A stretch of 51,865 nucleotides of DNA, taken from the IMG/VR virus record IMGVR_UViG_3300035156_000063, one strand, 5' to 3'. This document shows, piece after piece, positions 1-7,500 of the stretch (within the stretch, counting starts at the first letter, position 1; every line of letters begins with the position of its first letter). The notes beneath the pieces are model-generated. The model did no database searches. It worked only from the letters and a program-made list of their open reading frames with translations, and was not told the origin of the DNA. The position numbers and the translations under genes are program-made. The DNA is from a virus.

Positions 1-127
1 GAACGTAGCGTTACGCTCTCGTTTGATTGAAGTGAGGAACCTGCGTTTCGATGAGTAGACCAGATTGAATCGGTATCCATCATCATGCAGGAAGACAGCG
101 TCAATAGCCATGATTGTACAACTTGCA
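1..127. repeat. Terminal overlap copy 1, identical to 51739-51865 (assembly closure or part of a terminal redundancy)
   Basis: Direct comparison of the two window ends shows 127/127 identity. The unique genome length is therefore 51738 bp. Confidence 0.97.
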
Positions 128-349
128 CCAGAAATCAAAACCCTGTGGGCTGTCTTGCCACACAAAAGAACCTTTCAAGGTAATCTTGGAGACCCCATTA
201 TCAAGAACCATAACTTCTGGTCCTATTTCCCGATACACCCTGTTCAACTCTTTTAGAAGTTGACTTGGGGTGATCTTGTCACGGACACGTTCAACTACAT
301 CCTTGTACAGATCGCTTTGCTTTACTGGTGTTGCTTTGAGGCGGGTCAT
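101..349 (-). CDS. Hypothetical protein, 82 aa
   Basis: ORF preceded by AAAGGAGAGCTATC-ATG, an initiation region shared with other leftward genes. Its stop overlaps the ATG of the next gene (the 60-aa ORF that crosses the window junction). Confidence 0.6.
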   Translation of the reverse strand: MTRLKATPVKQSDLYKDVVERVRDKITPSQLLKELNRVYREIGPEVMVLDNGVSKITLKGSFVWQDSPQGFDFWCKLYNHGY

Positions 350-368
350 GATAGCTCTCCTTTGGAGG

Positions 369-397
369 TTGACACCTGTATTGAAATCTCCTACATT
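369..397 (+). promoter_or_regulatory. Candidate sigma70-type promoter for 439-915 (TTGACA, 17-nt spacer, TACATT)
   Basis: TTGACA at 369-374, a 17-nt spacer, then TACATT at 392-397, about 40 nt upstream of the ATG at 439. The same bases read on the minus strand give TAATGTAGG (see motif finding), so the strand assignment is ambiguous. Confidence 0.4.
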
Positions 398-403
398 AGA
401 CGT

Positions 404-417
404 ACAGCATGTGCTGT
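404..417. promoter_or_regulatory. Perfect 14-bp palindrome ACAGCATGTGCTGT, candidate operator in a divergent control region
   Basis: The sequence is self-complementary. It lies between divergent genes (349<- and ->439), immediately downstream of the candidate -10. Confidence 0.45.
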
Positions 418-438
418 GTCACCTAATCGGAGATTGTT

Positions 439-915
439 ATGGCTAAGAAACCAGTTGTTGATCAAGACACCCTGTTGTCCGTGTTGAAGAAGCAAGGCGT
501 GGAGCTGTTTCACCAGCGCTCGGGCTTGCCATTAAATCAAGCACAACGTAACCTTGAAGGCCGCACCGAATACGTTAACGACAGCTCCCTCAAAGCGTTC
601 GTAGCCACGATACACAGTGTCTACGTTCTCAATGAGGGGTTGGTACTAGGCTTTGTCGAAAGCGTGCAGAAGGGGCCTTCCAAGGAGTCAGGGAGGGTGT
701 ATCGACCTGTCTTCTTCGACATCTTCGGGAACATCATCTACCGCACCGAACTTGAAGACAGCTACGAAACGCTCAGCAAAGCGCAAGTTGAATTCTTCAA
801 TAAAGCGGAAGACATTGATGCTGTCGCATCGACCCTTGAAGGGATCGAAAAGAAGTATGATGTATTAGAGAAACAACTGAAAGACTGGAAGAAATTCATG
901 GACACACTGGCCTAA
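439..915 (+). CDS. Hypothetical protein, 158 aa; the only rightward gene in this region
   Basis: ORF with a GGAG Shine-Dalgarno (cGGAGattgttATG), followed by a rho-independent terminator. Confidence 0.7.
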   Translation: MAKKPVVDQDTLLSVLKKQGVELFHQRSGLPLNQAQRNLEGRTEYVNDSSLKAFVATIHSVYVLNEGLVLGFVESVQKGPSKESGRVYRPVFFDIFGNIIYRTELEDSYETLSKAQVEFFNKAEDIDAVASTLEGIEKKYDVLEKQLKDWKKFMDTLA

Positions 916-935
916 CCTCTTCCCACATAATATCA

Positions 936-961
936 AGGGCGCTTTCGAGTGCCCTTTTTTA
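936..961 (+). terminator. Rho-independent terminator after 439-915
   Basis: A 7-bp stem (AGGGCGC/GTGCCCT with one G-U pair), a 6-nt loop, then a TTTTTTATT tract. Confidence 0.7.
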
Positions 962-1073
962 TTATGCGAGGGACAGTTTGCTATGTTCCATCCAGTATTT
1001 GGCACGCAGTGCCATCACTTTGATTCGTGTTTCGTATTTCGGGTAAAACAGGTGAATGAGTTCGTACACCATG

Positions 1074-1358
1074 TTACATCACACCTTGTGCTTGGAGGTC
1101 TTTGAACGTACGGAACGACAGATGGGCCGACCAGCCTTTTGCTTGGTCATGCGTCAGCTTCGGTGCGTTCTGTGCTGCCTTGATGATAGCGCTGCCCATA
1201 CGGGAGAAGCGAACAGCATCAGGGAAGGAGGTGGACAGGAATGCCGTCCGCATGGCGTTGTCCGTCGAGCCACCGATTGGTGCAGCATGACGCTTCACCA
1301 GCTTGCTGTTACGACGCTGGCCTTTGGAGATGTATTTAGCGCGGGATGCCTTAGCCAT
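1074..1358 (-). CDS. Hypothetical basic protein, 94 aa
   Basis: ORF preceded by AAAGGAACTATC-ATG. The N-terminus is Lys/Arg-rich. Confidence 0.6.
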   Translation of the reverse strand: MAKASRAKYISKGQRRNSKLVKRHAAPIGGSTDNAMRTAFLSTSFPDAVRFSRMGSAIIKAAQNAPKLTHDQAKGWSAHLSFRTFKDLQAQGVM

Positions 1359-1537
1359 GATAGTTCCTTTAGTGTTGGTGAGGGCTTACGTCCCCGATCC
1401 TTCGCATCAAAGTGCGATCCATCGAAAGATGCCTCGTTGCCGGATCAAAGTGTCCGAGGTAGGGTAATAGCTCAGTTCTATTCCCTATCCCTGAAACTTT
1501 GTCTACGTAGACGATGTAACTGTCTTCTGGTTGACCA

Positions 1538-1711
1538 CTACTGCGTTTGCTGGTTCATACGCTCACGCTTCCCCTTCTTCGTTGAATCGACCCAATGGCG
1601 TTTCCGCACCAGCCAATCCAAGAATAATACTAAACCGCCTCCTACCATCAGCAACAGCGACAATGTGGTAAGAGTGATGGCAATACCAACCCACATCTCC
1701 AATCCGCTCAT
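1538..1711 (-). CDS. Small membrane protein, about 57 aa (MSGLEMWVGIAITLTTLSLLLMVGGGLVLF...)
   Basis: The tracked ORF is 1538-1723. The ATG at 1711 overlaps the TGA of the upstream 44-aa ORF (ATGA coupling). The protein has one clear hydrophobic helix followed by a basic tail. Confidence 0.5.
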   Translation of the reverse strand: MSGLEMWVGIAITLTTLSLLLMVGGGLVLFLDWLVRKRHWVDSTKKGKRERMNQQTQ

Positions 1712-1842
1712 GCCTCCACCCACTTACCAGTGAGTACAAACATAGCCAGATAGAGAGGGAATCCCTTACCGAGCAAGTATTTAGCTGCTGGTTTGGTTCC
1801 GTATTGTCTTTGAATCTTCTTTGCCATAGTGCTGTGTGCCAT
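1708..1842 (-). CDS. Small hypothetical protein, 44 aa (MAHSTMAKKIQRQYGTKPAAKYLLGKGFPLYLAMFVLTGKWVEA); below the ORF-track cutoff
   Basis: Hand translation. Preceded by TTAGGAGCTATC-ATG, and its stop overlaps the next start. Confidence 0.45.
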   Translation of the reverse strand: MAHSTMAKKIQRQYGTKPAAKYLLGKGFPLYLAMFVLTGKWVEA

Positions 1843-1943
1843 GATAGCTCCTAATTGGTGGAGGTGACGGGACTACATAGTTACCCGCAATAAGCCATGG
1901 TGTCTAGCCTATTAGTAGATGTGCTACACCCCCGTTGATCGTA

Positions 1944-2507
1944 TTAAACCAGCGCTGGGATGAAAGGCTTTTCAGCCGCTGTTTCCTTGCCTGATACCTT
2001 GTCCATCAAGGCCAACAAGGTATCCAGCTTGAGGCCAGCTTCCATCATGGTTTCCAAAACCGTAAGCTGGTCAATTTGGTTATCAGTTGCCTTCTTGAGG
2101 GTGGCTTCCAGATTCTTCTTGAGGCGAGCCAGATCGAATTCTTTAGGTTCGATTTCTACTTCTCGCGCTGCCCAGCTCCAGATGTTATTATTGACGTCTT
2201 CGAGGAAGGCCAAGGAGGCTTCCAACGCCTTGTCGTAGTTCTTCTTGTCCTTGGTGGCAAACACCCCATCCTTGCCCAGCTTGAAGCCGCTGAAGGCTTG
2301 GAAGAACAGGATGGCAACCTTGCGGTTCACCGGAGTGAGCACGGCAACCACACGGTTGATGTAGCCGATGTCTTGTGTTTCATGGTGTGCAGCCAGCACT
2401 TCCCGGCTGAGGGTCAGCAGGACGGCCTTGGTGATCTTCTCAGCGTCTTGCAGCTTGATGATAGCGGCGTCGAATGATTTGTTGAACTCTTGTTTGTTAA
2501 AGGACAT
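1944..2507 (-). CDS. Hypothetical early protein, about 187 aa (start moved to MSFNKQEF)
   Basis: The tracked ORF is 1944-2564. The internal ATG at 2507 has ACGGAGTACATC upstream and sits directly after the stop of the 41-aa ORF. Confidence 0.7.
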   Translation of the reverse strand: MSFNKQEFNKSFDAAIIKLQDAEKITKAVLLTLSREVLAAHHETQDIGYINRVVAVLTPVNRKVAILFFQAFSGFKLGKDGVFATKDKKNYDKALEASLAFLEDVNNNIWSWAAREVEIEPKEFDLARLKKNLEATLKKATDNQIDQLTVLETMMEAGLKLDTLLALMDKVSGKETAAEKPFIPALV

Positions 2508-2518
2508 GATGTACTCCG

Positions 2519-2644
2519 TTAGATGTAGTGGATGTAAGAGAGAAGGGTTCTGGCGGTATGCCATTCTTCCCGGTTGATTGCACCTTTGCTATACATGTCA
2601 TAAAGCTCAAGTAAGGCATAGGTGTACTGCATACAAGTGAACAT
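2519..2644 (-). CDS. Small hypothetical protein, 41 aa (MFTCMQYTYALLELYDMYSKGAINREEWHTARTLLSYIHYI); first gene of the leftward early block
   Basis: Hand translation. It has a strong SD (CAAGGAGAGCTTA-ATG). Its 5' UTR is homologous to the UTR of the 1842 gene. Confidence 0.4.
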   Translation of the reverse strand: MFTCMQYTYALLELYDMYSKGAINREEWHTARTLLSYIHYI

Positions 2645-3736
2645 TAAGCTCTCCTTGATTGGTGGACTAGACCGGATTCGCACCGGCAGTGGGGCGGCTG
2701 CTTTATCCCCAGAAGAATTACGTGTCTGACACTACTATCTCTAGCCCGTTGACTGGGTATTCAGAAGGGCACTAGCTATGCTGGAAGCGAGGTTGGTTAC
2801 CGCCTTGACTTACAAGCTAATTACCCTTGTGAATACCGCATCCTATTAGTCTTCTACATCCAAGGTACTGACAAATCGTGATAGCTCGCTAGCTGTATGT
2901 GTGCTGCCTTGTTCACACAAAGGGAGCTGGTTTGCTATTAGGATTTGTACTCGACGGGATACGTATGATCGAAGAACAGGATGCAGTTTAGGTTGTTAAA
3001 GAATTTGATACCAAGCTGTAATTATCCATGTCAGTTGTAGACATGTGTCCGCTAACCATCGCTTCCCCTTGTGTCACATACACACACTCAAACACCATGC
3101 CACATGATGGAGACTGGCATGCGATGGCATAAGACAAGGCTTATGTTATTCCATCACTACCAGCACGACACATCATGTATTGATGTAAGGCTAGTGTGTA
3201 TCAAGGTTTGGCTACTGATAGCTCACTTGATATCTAAATTGTTAAAGAGGTAGTTCACACATCACGACGTTGTGTCGCTTATGTTTGGTCCTAACCATGC
3301 TCTGTTAGGCTTCCGGTATTACGTGATAGCTGTTCTGGCTTACGTTCATCTGTCTGCCCCTTGGGACTAAACACTTACTTGCCTAACCATAGATGCCAGT
3401 ATCGCATACTCTTTTGATCCTTGTCAACCCCTTATTTGTCCTGAGTCAATCTACATACAACAGGATGATAGCTCAGACACATACAGCATGCCCTCACATA
3501 TACATAAGAGGTTGGCTAGTTTAAGGAGCATTCAACATGAGGGGTTATCCTCTTCTCACTAAGCGTTGTGTCGGTGAGAGATTCCATTGTGCCTATGTAT
3601 TTGATCTGACGCAAGCATTATTTTGATCTGTGTCAATGATGCCACATCACATCCTCATCTCTATATGTATGTGCGCACGCATGTATACGCGATTAGCACA
3701 TCCCACATGATAGTGTCAACATATATCTTCCAACAC

Positions 3737-3758
3737 TTATCCACAAGGGTTATCCACA
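3737..3758 (+). promoter_or_regulatory. Two perfect direct DnaA boxes (TTATCCACA at 3737-3745 and 3750-3758)
   Basis: Both are exact matches to the 9-mer DnaA-box consensus TTATCCACA, starting 13 bp apart, inside the ORF-free region. Confidence 0.6.
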
Positions 3759-3919
3759 TGCCATTTAAAAGGCATTAGAGGCATCTACAAGGCACGCAAG
3801 GACGAGGATGAAGCAGCACCTTAGAAATAAATGGTGAGCTTGGAGACCCCTTAGAAGCCTTCCAATTGGATGAACATTTAGACAAGATAAGCTATAAGAC
3901 CTGCCTATTTATTAATCAA

Positions 3920-4002
3920 GTCTTATAGAAGACATGTCATTGGTCTTATAGAAGAGTGGAACAGGGTCTTATATAAGAGTTGTTGTAGGTCTTGTATAAG
4001 AC
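3920..4002. repeat. Four iterons with exact 23-bp phasing; 14-bp core GTCTT(A/G)TA(G/T)AAGA(C/G)
   Basis: Cores start at 3920, 3943, 3966 and 3989. The arms GTCTT/AAGAC are inverted repeats, and the 9-bp spacers are not conserved. A half-site TATAAGAC lies at 3893-3900. Confidence 0.85.
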
Positions 4003-4561
4003 TAGTAATGATAGCGCTAACAAGGGGTATTGCCGAAGGCGTTCATAGTAGATAGTTAACGTCGCTGCGCGACATGCATGCTAGGCATAGCGCCTGTAGG
4101 TACAGCAGGTGTGACACAAAGCATATGCTTGGCATGTATTGAGCATGGATGAATGTTAGGGAGCAAGTACATTGCACCGATCTATATAAGTTAGTATGCA
4201 CTTACATAATGCATGGCATATTGTGTGCTATTAGCAAGAAGCATGCCATGTCACTCTTCGCATAACCAGCATTATGTCAAATGCTCATATGGGTAGATGG
4301 AGGATCGAGCAAGGGGTAGGCAGGGGGTTCGATGATGTACTACTGTGTGCATTGCCCCTCAAAAATATCTCACAAAAATTATGCACATCCAAGGGTATGC
4401 CTCGGTATATGCTTGGATGGATACAAATATGCTTATACGTGTGCTTGCACACAAGAGCATTACGTCTTACGTAAGTAGGACAATTGTCCCGCAGGGACGT
4501 AACACAATGAATATACGTAGTATCTGTACGTATAGGGCGACATAACAAACCTAGGAACTAA

Positions 4562-7500
4562 ATGAAACTTGATTTAACAGATACCGCAGGCGGTTACGAC
4601 ATTAGCAGCATTAATAGCAACTTCACTAAGATTGAACAGGAGTTGCAGACTAAGGTGCTATATCGGAATAATCCAGTAGGGGAACCTAATACGATGGAAG
4701 GTGTTCTAGACATGAACAATCACTCCATCATCAATGTAGGTAATATGCAGGGAGGCACACTGGTAGGAGGTACAGCAGAATCTACCAGCTCCTTCCCATT
4801 TGGTCCCATCACTGCTACTAACGTACAAGATGCAATGGAGCAGATTAATGCCCGCATCATTGAAGGAGGGGGTACTGGTGGTACGCCATCTGGTGTGTTC
4901 ACCTTTAATAGCCGTACAGGGGATGTCCTTCTTACTAGTGGGGATGTGGTTACAGCTCTGGGCTTTACACCATCAGCAGGAGGAGGGGGAGGTTCAACAT
5001 CTGCCAATAGCGTATTGAATGTAGCAGCCCTCAGGACAGCTCCATCAGTAGGTGGCACTCAGATCATGACCCGAGGCTATTACACGGCTAGGGATGGTGG
5101 AGCAGCCACTTACTACCTCGATACTACGGATACTACCTCACCAGACAATGGTGGTGACGTCATCGTAGCAAGTGATGGTGGACGATGGAAGCTTGCTAAG
5201 GGAGTGGCTTACAGTGCACGTCAGTTTGGTGCACGAGGTAATAGCACCCTGTCCAGCCCCGGAGCAGATGACACAGTTGCCCTACAGCGCTTTGTTAACT
5301 TCCTTGGCACTGGTGGCTACAAGGGATACATTCCAGGCGGGCGCTATCGTATCACCAAGCGTATTAACATCGCTGACAACTGTTCTCTGTATGGAGATGG
5401 GTGGAAAGACATCCGAGACATCACAGGGTACAACACTCGTAACTGGGCACAGAGCAAAGTATACGGCACCATCATCTATTCCGACTATGTAGATACTGGT
5501 CCAGATACGGCAGTTACTTTCTACATCGAAGGTAATAGCTGCATCATTGAGGATATGGAGTTTGAGACGTTGCAGCCATTGCCGGGACCGGGATGGACTT
5601 GTAATAACACCCCTACCGCAATTTGGTGCTTCCGTGGCGAATACGCTGAACAGGGCGGTAATGGTCTGCTCCTGCGTAACATCATGATCCGTAATTACAA
5701 GAACGGTATTAAGATGATTGGCGCTGCTCGTGCCACCATTGATGGTCTGTTTGGTGAATGCTTCCATAACTTCGTTGACATCACTGCCAACTACGATGTG
5801 GTTCGTATTAACAACGTACACATCAACTTTCCGTTCTACTCTGGTAATTCAGAAGTGATTAAGTACCTCGGGGCCAACTCTGTTGGTATTACATTTGGGC
5901 GTGTAGACAACCCTGTGTGGTCCAACATCTTCATCTTCTACGCTCGTATCGCTATGAAGTTCTATACGGATACGACGCCTACAGGAGGCTTTGAAGGGGG
6001 TGTAACCCAGCGACTACAGATTACCAACCTCGGTATCGATCTGTGTAATGTGGGCTTCTACGCATCAGATGCTATTAGGCTGTCTCTTGCCAACTTCTAT
6101 GTACTGTGTCGCAATGACCCCACTGAGTCGTTTAACAGCACCAGTCGTTGTATTCACAATGCAGGTGTTCTTGGTGGCGGATACGTACCAATTAGTATGA
6201 ACTTGGTCAATGGAGACTTCCAAGGATCGGCTCTCGAATGTATGCGGTTTGACGTGCCGGGAGTAGTTAACCTGAGTAACGTAGTTATCCGTACCTTCAA
6301 TCTGGCTGGTACTGGTGCTCCTGCAATCTCGGTTGGTAATGGTGTTAAGGTGTTTGCTGCTAACGTAGCTCTGGAAGAGCCTAATTCGGCCCCTCTGTTC
6401 CAAGTGTTCGGCACTGGTACTTACAGCGACGCCCACTCGGGAAGTACCGGAGGAACTGGTTCTGGTGTGAGTTCGTTCAACACTCGCAGTGGCGCTGTTA
6501 CTCTTACTGGTACGGACATCGTCAATGCCATTGCAACGACTACGGTTCCTATTAACACCCCAAGCACTTTTAGGGCGACTAACAAAACCTTCCCGACTAC
6601 CGGAACTGGAACTGAGATTAGCTATGATCCTAACTTTTCCTCCGGATATCTGCTTGCATATGATCGAGGTACTAATACGTACAAAGACATGGCAATCAGT
6701 GGTAGGAACCTTACGTTCCAGTCTGGCACTGCTGGGGCTAACCAAGGCTCTTTTGACATCAATGGTAGATTCCTTCTGGGCTATGCTACAAGTATTGGTA
6801 GCCATAAGCTTCAAGTGGATGGTGAAGGATTCTTCTCAGGAGCGCTGTATGCCCTGACTCCTCCAACTAACACTACTGGTACTCGGGTAGCCACTTGTGA
6901 CTACGTGATTGCTAAGGTTGGTTCGGGAGGTGGGGGAGGGGGTGTTACTTCGTTTAATGGAAGAGCTGGTGCAGTAACTCTTACCAATACAGACGTTAAT
7001 GCCGCTTATGGAGCACAGCCCACTTTTACTGGATATCCGGCTATTCAAACAAGCATTGAGGGATTTGGAACTATTAGATCAACCAATACTAGCATTCCAT
7101 CGTCTGGTACTGGCATCGAGATTAGTTACAACTCCAGCCTTGTAGTGGGGTTCCTTACTTGCTATGACCGAAGCGCTGGTCAATATCGAGACTTGGGGAT
7201 CGCAGGTAGGAATGTAACCTTCCAATCTGGTAACGGGGCTAATGCGGCATCGTTTGATCAGAATGGCTCTTTGCTCATTGGTTATCCTAGCACTAATGGA
7301 AGTGGCTACAAGCTTCAAGTTAATAGCCAAATCTATGCGACGTCGGCATCCATTGCTACTTCGGACCGTAGCGTAAAAGAGAACATCTCTCCACTGAAGT
7401 CTGGACTGAAGGAGGTGATGAAACTAAAACCTGTGACCTATACGTTCGTAGAACATAAGGTTCACAACTTCCCTAAAGGTACACAAGTCGGATTTATCGC

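Noticed and set aside
1056-1733. 225-aa plus-strand ORF spanning the early region.
   Set aside because: It runs antisense to three leftward genes that have SD sequences and start/stop coupling. It has no SD and a Cys/Arg/Ser-rich translation.
2660-2747. tRNA-like 3' end on the minus strand (..GCCGGTGCGAATCCGGTCTAGTCCACCA), with a possible 7-8-bp acceptor pairing to GGGCTAG(A).
   Set aside because: I could not fold a D arm or an anticodon arm. The T loop reads TGCGAAT, which lacks the conserved TTC. The TAGTCCACCAAT segment is better explained as the conserved 5' UTR shared with the gene starting at 1842.
3071-3253. 60-aa ORF in the ORF-free region, and the overlapping 4274-4548 ORFs on both strands.
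   Set aside because: No Shine-Dalgarno sequence. The composition is His/Cys/Met/Thr-rich and low-complexity, typical of CA/TG-rich non-coding DNA. The ORFs overlap one another on both strands.
3920-4002. Could the regularly spaced repeats be a mini-CRISPR array?
   Set aside because: The repeat unit is 23 bp in total, with a 14-bp core and 9-bp spacers, which is far too short. No cas genes are present. The geometry fits iterons or operators.
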